In this document: one piece after another, positions 38,766-49,185 of the stretch
Layout of the letters: every line of letters starts with the position of its first letter
Numbering within the stretch: the first letter of the stretch is position 1
Source: Candidatus Sericytochromatia bacterium
GTDB taxonomy: Bacteria; Cyanobacteriota; Sericytochromatia; S15B-MN24; JAQBPE01
Direction: 5' to 3'
Length of the DNA stretch: 64,000 nucleotides
Assembly: GCA_040400605.1 (NCBI GenBank)
Contig: JBBAPZ010000005.1
Coordinates: 32,001 to 96,000, forward strand
The notes under the pieces: generated by a model
Told to the model about the DNA's origin: nothing
What the model saw: the letters and a program-made list of their open reading frames with translations, nothing else
Databases searched by the model: none
Position numbers and translations under genes: made by a program

Positions 38766-38821
38766 CCACCTTGCACACTGGACCCACTTTGAAGTCAAAG
38801 TGGGTCCAGTGTGCAAGGTGG
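38766..38821. repeat. Perfect 27-bp inverted repeat with 2-nt spacer (56 bp)
   Basis: CCACCTTGCACACTGGACCCACTTTGA-AG-TCAAAGTGGGTCCAGTGTGCAAGGTGG. Confidence 0.95.
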
Positions 38822-38875
38822 TTTAAAAACGTAATGACGATAACCGTTGCCACCGCAATAATCTGGTGAGCGCGC

Positions 38876-39319
38876 CTAAGAAGCGATCGCGTGATCCAGG
38901 TGACTTGCGATTTCATCGATCAGTGCCGCCATACCAGCATCACCATAGGCGAATTTGCGCGCACGTTCCAGTGCCGCCATTGCCTCCTCGTCGTAAGCTT
39001 CCGAATGGCACGCCAGAGCGACCTTGATCATGCTGGCCGGGTCGATCGCACTCGCGACCGCCCGCTTGAATGCCAGCAAGGTCTGCTTCGGCTTGTCATC
39101 CAGCAAATGCAAAAGTGCTTTTTCCAAATGCCGACACGTCAGCGTCGGCATCGGCGTGTCCACCACCACCGATGGCAACAAATACTGCCTCCGCCTGAAA
39201 AATATGGGCTTCAAGTCAGCATCGCAACCCGCAAACCCGAATGACAAAACATCATTCGCCTGATGGACCTCAATCGTTACTGTTCCGGTTGCTACCGTGT
39301 TCAGTGCCTTGATCTGCAT
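38876..39319 (-). CDS. Hypothetical protein with TPR-like C-terminus
   Basis: ORF with helical C-terminal pairs; start ATG 39319 or 39340. Confidence 0.55.
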   Translation of the reverse strand: MQIKALNTVATGTVTIEVHQANDVLSFGFAGCDADLKPIFFRRRQYLLPSVVVDTPMPTLTCRHLEKALLHLLDDKPKQTLLAFKRAVASAIDPASMIKVALACHSEAYDEEAMAALERARKFAYGDAGMAALIDEIASHLDHAIAS

Positions 39320-39560
39320 AAACGACGCCCCCAATCTCACATTCGCTGTGTTTCAAGTTTTGATTTTGAATATTTCCACGCTCGCTTAATCTGTCTTATA
39401 CCAAAGGCGTCAGGAATGTTTCGTGATTTGATAATGATTTTTCAACCAATTAATACTCTATTAACAAAATAGCCTGGGACTTGACCGGGGTGGGCGCTGG
39501 GGCGGAACATGCGCCTTGATGGGTGTGATGCGAAGTTGTCAAGAACTGTCTTCATTTGCG

Positions 39561-40796
39561 ATGTCTGACCCACTGTGTGTGGCGTTGGCCGATGTGGCCA
39601 AGGCCAGTGGGGTGCGTGTCGCTTTGGTTGGCGGGTTTGTTCGCGACTGGTTGTTGGGGCGCGATGCCTTGGATTGGGATTTGGTCGTGAGTGGAGATTC
39701 CGAGACCTTTGCGCGCGCGTGGTCGAGGCGTCACGGTGGTGGCTGGGTGACGCTGGATGCAGATTTTGGGGTGGTACGCCTGCGTCTGGATGGGGGTTTG
39801 ACGCTGGATATTTCGCGCACGCAAGGGGACAGTCTGGCAAGTGATCTTTCAAGGCGCGATGTCACCCTCAATGCGATTGCCTGTTCGCTGGAAGATGGCG
39901 GCATTCATGATCCATTGAATGGCTTGCGCGACCTCGGTGCGGGTGTTGTCCGGGCAGTTTCCCGGAGCAACCTGGTGTCTGACCCGGTGCGATTGTTACG
40001 GGTGTATCGCTTCGCGGCCGTACTCGATTTTGCGATCGCGGATTCAAGCCGCGTCTGGGTGCGAGAATTAGCGGATCAACTTGACACGGTTGCGGGGGAG
40101 CGCTTGTGGACCGAACTATGCAAACTCGTTGCAGGTCCAGGCGCGTGTCGGGTGCTGAAGGACTTGCAACTCGACGGCTTGCTTGAACCTTTGCTGATGC
40201 AGCCACAGGATGCCTGCCGTGCAGGCCTTGCGCTGCACGCGTCATTGATCATGTGTCTTGCACGTGATTCCCGGACGGCTGGCTGGTTGTCGGGCGATGT
40301 TGGCGGTGCCTGCAGCCGCTCGGTGGTCTTGAGCGTGATGGCATTGCTTGGAGGCGCAGGGGTCGCATCCCCCGGGATCGCACGATTTGCCGCGCGCATG
40401 CGTCTGAGTCGACGGGAACAACGCCTGCTTTTGGGTTTGGCTGGTGGATTGAGGGAAAACTGGCCAGACGCGCTGAGCGAGCCGGTGGCCGCCTATCGGA
40501 TGGTGCGTCTGATGAATGAGGCGTGTGTGGGTGTCGGGTTGTTGGCGTTGGCCTGCGGCATGGCCGAGGGCGAACGCTTGATCACCGAATGTTTGCGTTG
40601 GGAGCGTGCGCCGTTGCCGCGGGTCGTAACGGGTGATGTCTTGCGCAGGGTGTTTTCATTGCCTCCTGGACCATTGGTTGGACATTTGTTGGCACTGGTT
40701 GAGGCTGGCCAAGTGGAAGGCGTGGTGGTTGATGAGACAACGGCCTTGGCGTACTTGCGTGCACACCGGGGTGAGTGGGGTGTAACCGTTGGCTGA
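39561..40796 (+). CDS. Class II tRNA nucleotidyltransferase (CCA/CC-adding family)
   Basis: LVGGFVRD, DWD, DLSRRDVTLNA, DPVRLLR, ERLWTEL, GPLVG; start uncertain. Confidence 0.88.
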   Translation: MSDPLCVALADVAKASGVRVALVGGFVRDWLLGRDALDWDLVVSGDSETFARAWSRRHGGGWVTLDADFGVVRLRLDGGLTLDISRTQGDSLASDLSRRDVTLNAIACSLEDGGIHDPLNGLRDLGAGVVRAVSRSNLVSDPVRLLRVYRFAAVLDFAIADSSRVWVRELADQLDTVAGERLWTELCKLVAGPGACRVLKDLQLDGLLEPLLMQPQDACRAGLALHASLIMCLARDSRTAGWLSGDVGGACSRSVVLSVMALLGGAGVASPGIARFAARMRLSRREQRLLLGLAGGLRENWPDALSEPVAAYRMVRLMNEACVGVGLLALACGMAEGERLITECLRWERAPLPRVVTGDVLRRVFSLPPGPLVGHLLALVEAGQVEGVVVDETTALAYLRAHRGEWGVTVG

Positions 40797-41958
40797 CGAG
40801 GACAAGAAACACGACCCGACGCCGCACAAACTGGATGAGGAGCGAAAGAAGGGCAACACGCTCAAGGTTCAGGACCTTTTGAGTGCGGCGGTATTGTTCG
40901 TGTCGGCCTATGCGTTGGTGTGGAGTGGCCAGCTGGTTTATGAGTACGTCTTGAAGTTCGTGATTGAGACTTTGGAGACAATACCGACTTATCGAACGCT
41001 GACGTACATTCAGTCTCTGCAATTGCTGGCGCGCTTGATAATTACGGTTGTTATTGCTTCAGTGCCGTTTATCTTGATTATCACCCTGACCATTTTGGTG
41101 GTGTTGTACGCACAGGTTGGTTTTTTGCTGACATTCAAGCCGTTAGAACCGAAATTTGAAAAGATTGACCCCATCAAGGGTTTCAAGAACAAGATTAACC
41201 CGTTCAAGCTGAAACAGCTTTTTAATCTGCTCAAGACGGGTGTTTTGGTCAGCGTCATTGGCTACCTGGTTTATACGACCCTGCGCGATCAAATGGGCAC
41301 CATTTTGCAAAGTCTGAGCTTTACTCCGGCGGCGGGAATGGTTTTGATTGGCGGCTTGATGATTCAGCTGGCCAAAAAGGTGGCGCTGTTCATGATCGCG
41401 GTCGCCTTCATTTCGTACCTGTTCGAGCGATGGCAGTGGTACAAGGGTTTGAAGATGTCGGACAAGGAGATCAAAGACGAATACAAACAACTGGAAGGCG
41501 ACCCCCACATCAAGGCGAAACAAAAACAGAAAATGTATCAAATGGCACGCGGTGCCGTTGCGGAGGCGATGCCCAATGCAGATGTGGTGGTGACCAACCC
41601 CACGCACTTTGCCGTCGCATTGGAATACAAGCCCCAGCGTGGGATGAAGGCGCCGGTTGTGATTGCGAAAGGTCGCGGCGAATTGGCGCTGTACATTCGC
41701 CGGTTGGCGGAAGACCAGTTTATTCCGACCGTTGAGGACCCACCAACAGCCAGGGCTTTATATGACCAGGTCAAGGTTGGGCAACAGATTCCAGCAGAAT
41801 TGTTCGAAGCGGTTGCCAAAATTATTGCCACGATCATGCGACGTCGGCGCCGTTTGGCACCGGATTTGACGCAGTTGTCAGGTGTGCCAGGTGCCATGCC
41901 AGGACCCGAAACGGGGGGTGACACCCTATCGGATTCATCGGGGCAAACGGCACCATAA
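40789..41958 (+). CDS. flhB: FlhB/EscU family type III export switch protein
   Basis: PTPHKL N-terminus, 4 TM, EYKQLEGDPHIK, NPTH autocleavage site. Confidence 0.9.
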   Translation: MADEDKKHDPTPHKLDEERKKGNTLKVQDLLSAAVLFVSAYALVWSGQLVYEYVLKFVIETLETIPTYRTLTYIQSLQLLARLIITVVIASVPFILIITLTILVVLYAQVGFLLTFKPLEPKFEKIDPIKGFKNKINPFKLKQLFNLLKTGVLVSVIGYLVYTTLRDQMGTILQSLSFTPAAGMVLIGGLMIQLAKKVALFMIAVAFISYLFERWQWYKGLKMSDKEIKDEYKQLEGDPHIKAKQKQKMYQMARGAVAEAMPNADVVVTNPTHFAVALEYKPQRGMKAPVVIAKGRGELALYIRRLAEDQFIPTVEDPPTARALYDQVKVGQQIPAELFEAVAKIIATIMRRRRRLAPDLTQLSGVPGAMPGPETGGDTLSDSSGQTAP

Positions 41959-42246
41959 CGCGCTTCTTGCCGTTCAGTGCGCGAGAAAAGGGACAAGACA
42001 GGCTTACCGTTTCACAATGTTTTATCCAGAAAACGGGCCGCCCGGGTCTCCATTTGAAGCACACTCAATTCATTCGTTGAAACATTTTTTTGGGGTACTT
42101 TTTGAATTCGATGGAAATTGACCCGCCTATCGCCGCCAAGGAGTGGTCGGTAACACTCCTTGCGCGCTCACCGGGCCTTGTGGCGCCCGTTCGGTGTGCG
42201 TGCTATTCTGCTTGGCCGACGTCTGTCGCGTTGTGTGGAGGTTTGA

Positions 42247-43995
42247 ATGCGCTACACTGCTTGGATGACCCTGGTGTTGACTGGTTGTTGCCTGGTTGGC
42301 ATCACACCCGACGAAGCGGCAGCCGCTGTGAACGGGTCTGCCTCAGAGTCCCTGTTTCGTGATGTCCCGACGGATCACTGGGCTGCAGCTGCGGTTCAGG
42401 CACTGGCAGCGCGTTACCGGGTGATGGAGGGGCAAAACGACGGCACGTTTCGCGGCGCCCGAACGGTGACCCGATATGAATTGGCTGCCGTGCTGGCCAA
42501 GGTCATGGTCCGTGTCGAAGAATCGTTGAATTCCGGAAGCTTGTCCTCCCGTGCCCTGGATAGCGGCATTTTGCCCGAGGATTTGCGCACCATCGCCCGC
42601 TTGCAGCGCGAGTTTCGTGATGAACTGGAGGTTTTGACAGGCCGCTGTGACACACTTGAAACCCGGGTGACGAGCTTGGAAAAGCGCGTGCGGGTTGGTG
42701 GTGAAACAGAGACGACCTGGCGTGATTTTAGCGGTTCGGCGCCTCAGGCGCGTGCGCCCTTGACCGAGTTTCGGGTGCGAAATCGGGTCAATCTTGAAGC
42801 TTCCGGTGCTGATAACCTGCTGATTCGTGCAAGCGCCTTTTGGGACCTTTATGGCCCGCGCGCCCAAGGAAACGCTTTTGCGCTGAACCCGTCCGGCTCC
42901 GAAGAATTATCTGAGTTTTACTTGCAGCGGGCATATGCCACCTATAGTCCGGATGGCATGACCCTAAGCGGGGGTATCGTCAATTTGAGTGAGGTCTTGA
43001 CCTTGGGAAGCACCTTGCCGCACGCCTTTGGTACGAACCTGTGGCGAGAGGGTGTGGGTGGTTACGGGTTTGTTGGAACCCCGGGTTTGGTTCGGGGTGA
43101 TGCCGGGTTGTCGATGGCACGCCTGGGCGGTGCGGAGTCAGCGGCCACGGCGCCTGTATGGTGGTTGCCGGGTACGGATGTGGTGAATCAGGCACTGGAT
43201 CCCAACGCGGCCCAGTGGTTGTACCCACGCGGTAATTTGACCGTGTGTGCGAAAGGCGATGCAGGTCCTTTCACGTTTGCCTTGGGGTGGTACCAGCCGG
43301 GCTTGACGGGACGAGACGTGAAGCGTCTGTTGGGTTTGGGTGCGCCGGGTAATTTTCATGGTCCTGAGCTTTATGTTGCCGGCCCTCAGATGGTCGGTCG
43401 TGTTGGAGCAGATTTCGGTTGGTTTCGCGCGCAGGTGGCTGCGAAGTCGCCGGGACATTTGTTGGATCAGCCCGGGCGTGCGGACAAAACCTTGAGCGCT
43501 TCGGTCGATCTGGGGAGTGACGCGTTCGGTTTAAATGTTCAGTCGGTGGCAAATTCAGCGTTTACAGGTCAATTTCAGTTGACGCAGACTGCGATGACCT
43601 TTGGCAGCACGGATTTGTGGGGTACGGGAATTGGACTTGCGTTGGCTGCCAATACCGGGGTGACGGTGTCCGGTGCCTCGGAGGTGCGCAACCTGTTTGA
43701 GGGTGGTTTGGCCGGCACGGATTATACATCCTACGGGTTATATTCGCGTTGGCCTGGGTTTAGCGGGTTGCCCTGGTTTGCGGTGGCTTTGCAGCAAACG
43801 GCCGGCGCGCAGTTTGGAAGCACGATCGGTTCGGGCGTGACCATTCAGACGGCCCTCCAGTTGTGGCGTTTGCCACAGCTACAGTTGGAGTACTCGCTGG
43901 GTAAATTCACGCCAGGTTTGGACAATGGTTTGATGAATAATGCTTCGGTGCAATCGCACGAGCAGTTGAGTGCGCAGATGGTGTTTCCGTTTTAG
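42247..43995 (+). CDS. SLH-domain outer-membrane porin (cyanobacterial-type architecture)
   Basis: Signal peptide; FRDVPTDHWA...TRYELAA SLH; coiled coil LQREFRDEL; beta-rich body ending in Phe. Confidence 0.8.
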   Translation: MRYTAWMTLVLTGCCLVGITPDEAAAAVNGSASESLFRDVPTDHWAAAAVQALAARYRVMEGQNDGTFRGARTVTRYELAAVLAKVMVRVEESLNSGSLSSRALDSGILPEDLRTIARLQREFRDELEVLTGRCDTLETRVTSLEKRVRVGGETETTWRDFSGSAPQARAPLTEFRVRNRVNLEASGADNLLIRASAFWDLYGPRAQGNAFALNPSGSEELSEFYLQRAYATYSPDGMTLSGGIVNLSEVLTLGSTLPHAFGTNLWREGVGGYGFVGTPGLVRGDAGLSMARLGGAESAATAPVWWLPGTDVVNQALDPNAAQWLYPRGNLTVCAKGDAGPFTFALGWYQPGLTGRDVKRLLGLGAPGNFHGPELYVAGPQMVGRVGADFGWFRAQVAAKSPGHLLDQPGRADKTLSASVDLGSDAFGLNVQSVANSAFTGQFQLTQTAMTFGSTDLWGTGIGLALAANTGVTVSGASEVRNLFEGGLAGTDYTSYGLYSRWPGFSGLPWFAVALQQTAGAQFGSTIGSGVTIQTALQLWRLPQLQLEYSLGKFTPGLDNGLMNNASVQSHEQLSAQMVFPF

Positions 43996-44095
43996 GTGTT
44001 GTGGCTGCCGTAGGATGCGCACGGGATCGGGTGTCTGTTGAACGGGTGTACTGTTGCGGATGGGGCGACGTTTGGCTGTTTGGTTGGTTGGAGGA

Positions 44096-45292
44096 ATGAA
44101 GCGGATGTCAGACGATTCGATTTATCTGGTTGCGGGAGCGCGGACGCCGTTTGGAAGTTTCATGGGTGATTTGCGGCATTTTTCGGCGGCGGAGCTTGCG
44201 ATCGTGTGCGGGCAGGCAGTGTTGGAGCGGGCGCGGGTGGATGCTTCGGCGATCGATTCGATTATTTTGGGCCACGTGATGGGGTTGGAGCGGGAGAGTT
44301 ACTACCTTGGCAAATATGTCGGTGTGCGTCTGGGTATGCCGGACACGGTGACGGGAATGACGGTGAATCGCTTGTGTGGTTCGGGTTTGCAGTCAGTTGT
44401 CAGCGCGGCTCAGGCGATGCGTCTGGGGGATGGGGCGGTGATTCTGGCTGGTGGTACGGAAGCGATGAGTCGGGCGCCATTTTTGCTGCGTGGGGCGCGC
44501 GAGGGTTTGCGGGGTGAGCAGGCTTTGGAGGATCCGTTGCTTGGTGCGCACTCGGTTTTTGTTGACCCGGCTGTGGGGTTGATTATGGGTGCAACGGCTG
44601 AAGAAGTGGCGGATGATCGTCAGATTTCGCGTGTGGCGATGGATGAGTATGCATGTTTGTCGCAGGCGCGGGCGGCTCAGGCGATCGCCACGGGGGTTTT
44701 CGCGGAAGAAATTGTGCCCCTGGCGCTTGCGACCCGGGCAGGCACTCGGATGCTTGGTTTGGATGAGCATCCGCGAGAAACGTCGCTTGAAAAACTGGCC
44801 ACCTTGAAGCCGGCATTTCGCCAGGGCGGGCGTGTCACACCAGGCAACAGTTCCGGGATTAACGATGGTGCGTGCGTCTTGTTGCTGGCGACTGGGGAAG
44901 CGGTATCCCGTTTGGGGCTTAACCCTTTGGCGCGTATCGTGTCGTGGGGTGTTGCGGGTGTGTCGGGGCGCTTGATGGGTTTGGGGCCTGTACCTGCTGT
45001 CGAGCGTGCACTTGGTCGTTGTCAACTTCAACTGTCGGACATCGATCTTTTTGAAATCAATGAGGCCTTCGCGGCGCAATATCTGGCTTGTGAAGCTGGG
45101 CTTGGACTGGATCGCGAAAAGGTGAACATCAATGGTGGTGCGATTGCATTGGGACATCCGATCGGCGCGTCCGGCGCGCGGATTCTGTTCAGCCTTGCGT
45201 TGTCGTTAAGACGACGTAAAGAACGTTATGGCGTCGCTTCGGCGTGTATTGGCGGCGGCCAAGGCATTGCCGTGGTGATTGAAAGGGTATGA
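44096..45292 (+). CDS. Thiolase (acetyl-CoA C-acyltransferase)
   Basis: [27 protein letters not shown]. Confidence 0.95.
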   Translation: MKRMSDDSIYLVAGARTPFGSFMGDLRHFSAAELAIVCGQAVLERARVDASAIDSIILGHVMGLERESYYLGKYVGVRLGMPDTVTGMTVNRLCGSGLQSVVSAAQAMRLGDGAVILAGGTEAMSRAPFLLRGAREGLRGEQALEDPLLGAHSVFVDPAVGLIMGATAEEVADDRQISRVAMDEYACLSQARAAQAIATGVFAEEIVPLALATRAGTRMLGLDEHPRETSLEKLATLKPAFRQGGRVTPGNSSGINDGACVLLLATGEAVSRLGLNPLARIVSWGVAGVSGRLMGLGPVPAVERALGRCQLQLSDIDLFEINEAFAAQYLACEAGLGLDREKVNINGGAIALGHPIGASGARILFSLALSLRRRKERYGVASACIGGGQGIAVVIERV

Positions 45293-45346
45293 ACTGAGCG
45301 CGTGATACAATCTTTTTGCACCTGAGTACCCGATTGGGAAGGTTCT

Positions 45347-46255
45347 TTGTTGATGTCTTTTTTGACAGGTAGTCGATTTTCACGGCCGAGGCGCGCGTCA
45401 AGTGAGTCGTGTGTCAGAAAGCGTTTGAAGGAGACGGTGTGGCAGTTTTGTCCGCAGTGTCGTTGCCTGGTTGCTCGTGACGCTTGGTTTGGTGCAGGAA
45501 AGGCGTGCCAGGCGTGTGGTTATCATGCCCGGATTGGTTCGCGCGAGCGGATGCGCCAGTTAGTGGATGTTGGTAGTTTCGTTGAATTGAATGCGGGCTT
45601 GCGCGCACAGGATCCACTGCGGTTTGTGGATACGCGGCCTTATGTCGAGCGCTTGCGCGAGGCTTATGACGGGGGTCGACGTGATGAAGCGGTGCTGACG
45701 GGGACTGGTTGTATCGGCGGAATTCCGGTCGCTTTGGCGGTGATGGATTTTGATTTTCTCGGTGGGTCCATGGGGTGCGTTGTTGGCGAACGGGTGGCGC
45801 GATTGATTGAGCATGCGACCGCGCACGCGTTGCCGTTGGTGATGGTCACGGCTTCCGGCGGTGCTCGAATGCAAGAGGGGGTCTTGTCATTGATGCAGTT
45901 GGCCAATACCACAATGGCGTTCACGCGTTACCGGGCGTGTCGGCGCTTGGCGGTGGCGGTTTTGACGGATCCCACGATGGGGGGGGTAACCGCGAGTTTC
46001 CCTTCGCTCGCGGATGTCATTCTGGCAGAGCCTGGTGCTCGGATTGGTTTTGCGGGGCGGCGGGTGATTGAGCAAATTTTACGGCAGTCCTTGGGTGCGG
46101 ACTTTCAGGTTGCAGAGGCATTGTTAAGAGATGGTTTGATCGATCAGATCGTCCCACGTTGGCAACTCAGGGGCGAACTGATGCGCTTGTTGCGTTTGCA
46201 CGCTCCTAAACCGGTCGGTGCGGGTTCGTTGGCGTTAGTGGGTACCGTGCAATGA
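45347..46255 (+). CDS. accD: Acetyl-CoA carboxylase carboxyltransferase beta
   Basis: CPQC...CQAC Zn finger, GGSMG, SGGARMQEG, GFAGRRVIEQ. Confidence 0.95.
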   Translation: MLMSFLTGSRFSRPRRASSESCVRKRLKETVWQFCPQCRCLVARDAWFGAGKACQACGYHARIGSRERMRQLVDVGSFVELNAGLRAQDPLRFVDTRPYVERLREAYDGGRRDEAVLTGTGCIGGIPVALAVMDFDFLGGSMGCVVGERVARLIEHATAHALPLVMVTASGGARMQEGVLSLMQLANTTMAFTRYRACRRLAVAVLTDPTMGGVTASFPSLADVILAEPGARIGFAGRRVIEQILRQSLGADFQVAEALLRDGLIDQIVPRWQLRGELMRLLRLHAPKPVGAGSLALVGTVQ

Positions 46256-47220
46256 ACGACGCTTACGTGTTGCCCTTTGAATGGCCAGTGGTTGAATTTG
46301 AGGCGCGGATTGCCCAGATGCGGGCGTTTGCGGAAGGGCAAGGTATGGATGTACCTGAGGCTTTTGAGCCGTTGGACCGTGAAGCCGCTGCGTGGCGCGC
46401 GCGTATTTTCGGGTCATTGAGCGCGGGTGAGCGGGTGCAGTTGGCCAGACATCCCCGGCGCCCCACTGCGCGTGATGTGATTCAGGCGCTCAGTGATGAC
46501 TTTTATGAGTTGCGCGGTGACCGGCATGCCATGGATGATCCGGCGATTGTCGGCGGTATCGGTTCATTTGGGGGAGTGCCAATTGTGTGGCTAGGTCATC
46601 ATAAGGGCTCCGATGCCCAGGATCGAAGGCATTGTAACTCAGGAATGCCGCATCCTGAGGGTTATCGCAAGGCGATACGCCTGATGCGGCACGCTGCCCG
46701 TTTCAACATGCCGCTGGTGAGCCTGATTGACACACCGGGTGCGTATCCTGGTGAGGATGCGGAACGCCACAACCAGGGGGGTGCGATCGCCAATGCGATT
46801 GTGGAGATGGCATCTTTGACGGTGCCCACTGTCAGTATCGTGATCGGCGAAGGGGGGAGTGGTGGTGCGTTGGCACTTGGCGTGGCGGATCGGATGTTGA
46901 TGCTCGAACATGCTTACTACTCCGTTATCAGTCCGGAAGGCTGTGCCGCCATTTTATGGAAGAGCGCCGCCAAAGCGCCATTTGCGGCGCAGGCGCTCCG
47001 CCTCACCGCCGAAGACTGTCATGCACTCGGCGTCGTTGATGAAGTGATACAAGAACCCCCTTGGGGTGCTCATCGTGACCCTGCTGCCAGTGCCGCGTTC
47101 ATTGCTGAAGCGCTTCAGCGGCATCTATCCTGGCTCTTGGCGCTGTCCCGTTCTGAATTGTTGCAACGCCGTTACACGAAGTACCGAACCATGGGTTCTT
47201 TCAGTGAGGTGCAAGAATGA
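46252..47220 (+). CDS. accA: Acetyl-CoA carboxylase carboxyltransferase alpha
   Basis: ARHPRRP, PEGYRKA, DTPGAYPG, GEGGSGGA, SVISPEG. Confidence 0.96.
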   Translation: MNDAYVLPFEWPVVEFEARIAQMRAFAEGQGMDVPEAFEPLDREAAAWRARIFGSLSAGERVQLARHPRRPTARDVIQALSDDFYELRGDRHAMDDPAIVGGIGSFGGVPIVWLGHHKGSDAQDRRHCNSGMPHPEGYRKAIRLMRHAARFNMPLVSLIDTPGAYPGEDAERHNQGGAIANAIVEMASLTVPTVSIVIGEGGSGGALALGVADRMLMLEHAYYSVISPEGCAAILWKSAAKAPFAAQALRLTAEDCHALGVVDEVIQEPPWGAHRDPAASAAFIAEALQRHLSWLLALSRSELLQRRYTKYRTMGSFSEVQE

Positions 47221-48191
47221 AACGCTTGGCTGTCTTGACCAGTGGGGGCGACGCGCCCGGTATGAATGCGGCCATTCGTGCCGTGGTGCGCAAGGCGCTT
47301 CACGAAGGCTGCGAAATCTTTGGGATCAACTACGGTTACAATGGTCTGTTGCAAGGCGATATGCGTTTGATGGACTACGAACACGTTGGAAACATCATTC
47401 AGCGAGGCGGGACGATTTTAAAAACGGCTCGCTCCACGCAGTTTCCAACCCCGGAAGGTCAAGAGGCTGCCATGTTCGAACTGACGCGGCGCGGTATTGA
47501 GGGGTTGGTGGTGATTGGTGGCGATGGTTCGTTTCGTGGTGCGCAGTTGCTCGGGAAAAAAGGTATTCGGATTTGCGGTGTTCCGGGCACGATCGACAAC
47601 GACATTTACGGTACGGATTACACCATTGGCTTTGATACCGCATGCAATACCGTGCTTGACGCTGTGAACAAGATTCGTGACACCGCCAGTTCGCACAAGC
47701 GCATCGTCATCATTGAGGTGATGGGCCGAGATTCTGGCTGGATCGCATTAACGGCAGGTCTGGCTGGCGGCGCCGAGTTCGTGATCGTGCCAGAGATTCC
47801 TTACGACCTGGATGTCGTCACTGATAAAATCATCCGTGGCATGAAACAAGGGAAGGAGCACTCCATTGTTCTCGTCGCTGAAGGTGCCGCCCACGGCTTT
47901 GATGTGGGCGAACGTCTGCGGGTGGGAACGGGTTATGATACGCGGGTGACCGTGCTCGGTCATATTCAGCGCGGTGGCAGTCCCACGGCCTTTGATCGCG
48001 TCCTTGCAACCCGCCTCGGTGCCGCGGCGGTGGATGCGCTGCTTGGCGGGCAATCCAACATCATGGTCGGCGTGCAGGGGGCAGCAACCGTGGCGTGTGA
48101 GCTTGACTCCGTGATTTCCCAAAAACGCGGTCTTGATGTCAGTCTTTACGAACTTGAAGCAGTGATGTCAACCAGACTTGTTTCCGTCTGA
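47217..48191 (+). CDS. pfkA: ATP-dependent 6-phosphofructokinase
   Basis: TSGGDAPGMN, GGDGS, PGTIDND, EVMGR, LGHIQRGG. Confidence 0.97.
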   Translation: MKRLAVLTSGGDAPGMNAAIRAVVRKALHEGCEIFGINYGYNGLLQGDMRLMDYEHVGNIIQRGGTILKTARSTQFPTPEGQEAAMFELTRRGIEGLVVIGGDGSFRGAQLLGKKGIRICGVPGTIDNDIYGTDYTIGFDTACNTVLDAVNKIRDTASSHKRIVIIEVMGRDSGWIALTAGLAGGAEFVIVPEIPYDLDVVTDKIIRGMKQGKEHSIVLVAEGAAHGFDVGERLRVGTGYDTRVTVLGHIQRGGSPTAFDRVLATRLGAAAVDALLGGQSNIMVGVQGAATVACELDSVISQKRGLDVSLYELEAVMSTRLVSV

Positions 48192-48428
48192 TTGACTTGA
48201 CGGCTTGCCATCTGATCCGCCCGCTTGGGCTGCGAGTGCGTCGCATGCACTGTGAAGGCCAAATCGCCATTGCGAGTGGGGAGTGGTAACGATTTGGCGA
48301 GAATGTGCTCAGGGCGATTGGGGTGAAGTGAAGCATTGAATGGCCGGTCCATCATTTCAGTGTTGTAATCAGCCAAAACTGTCCGACGGCTAAATGCTCA
48401 CCGTTTGCCTGGTTAGGTCAACTGTCCC

Positions 48429-49169
48429 TTATGATGCGGCTAATTCGTTGGTCTGGGACGCGGGCAGGCTTTCAAGTGCGTAGAGAATTTCTTTACGTAC
48501 GGCGTCACTCAGTGCTTCGAGGTTGTCTTTCGTGTAAAGACTGGCGTCGATAGGTGGTCTGAATATCACGTCGATTGTGCCAGGTTTTAACTGAAAACGC
48601 CCGGTTTGTTGAATTGCATAGGCGCCCTTGAATGCGTAAGGGATGATGAGCGCACCGGTTTCAATTGCGAGATGAAAAGGCCCTTTTTTGAACGGTTGCA
48701 ATTGTCCATCCTTGGTGCGGGTGCCTTCTGGCATGATGGCGATCGACACACCGTCAGCCAAACACGCCTGCGCCCGCGCAAGGGATGCTTTCGCTGCTGC
48801 CAAATCACTGCGATCAATCCCGATATTGCCCCACCGTCGAATAAACCAACCATAAATCGGGAGCCGAAAATTTTCAATTTTTTCTATGGCGACAACCCAA
48901 CTCGGCACACCATGAATCCCGATGAAAGGTTCAAAGAGGTTGACATGATTCGACGCAAAAATCACGCCACGTCCCAGTGGAATATGCTCCACCCCGTGTA
49001 CGACAACCCGTATGCCAAACGCCCGCAGTATCCATCCACAAGCCCAACGATGAAAACCGTGATGATCCCGGATCGGTCTGAATACACTCAGCAACAACGT
49101 CAGGAACATCCAGGGGATTAACAGTGCGAATCCCCTTAACCAGTAAAAGGTACTCCAAAGATACGACAC
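48429..49169 (-). CDS. plsC: 1-acyl-sn-glycerol-3-phosphate acyltransferase family
   Basis: SNHVNLFE (HxxxxD with E), PEGTR, FKKG. Confidence 0.85.
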   Translation of the reverse strand: MSYLWSTFYWLRGFALLIPWMFLTLLLSVFRPIRDHHGFHRWACGWILRAFGIRVVVHGVEHIPLGRGVIFASNHVNLFEPFIGIHGVPSWVVAIEKIENFRLPIYGWFIRRWGNIGIDRSDLAAAKASLARAQACLADGVSIAIMPEGTRTKDGQLQPFKKGPFHLAIETGALIIPYAFKGAYAIQQTGRFQLKPGTIDVIFRPPIDASLYTKDNLEALSDAVRKEILYALESLPASQTNELAAS

Positions 49170-49185
49170 GACAAACCTTTACATC

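Noticed and set aside
44393..45157. 254-aa minus-strand ORF and similar long antisense ORFs (30412-31143, 58500-59108, 1899-2525)
   Set aside because: In-register shadows of well-supported genes, expected in GC-rich coding DNA
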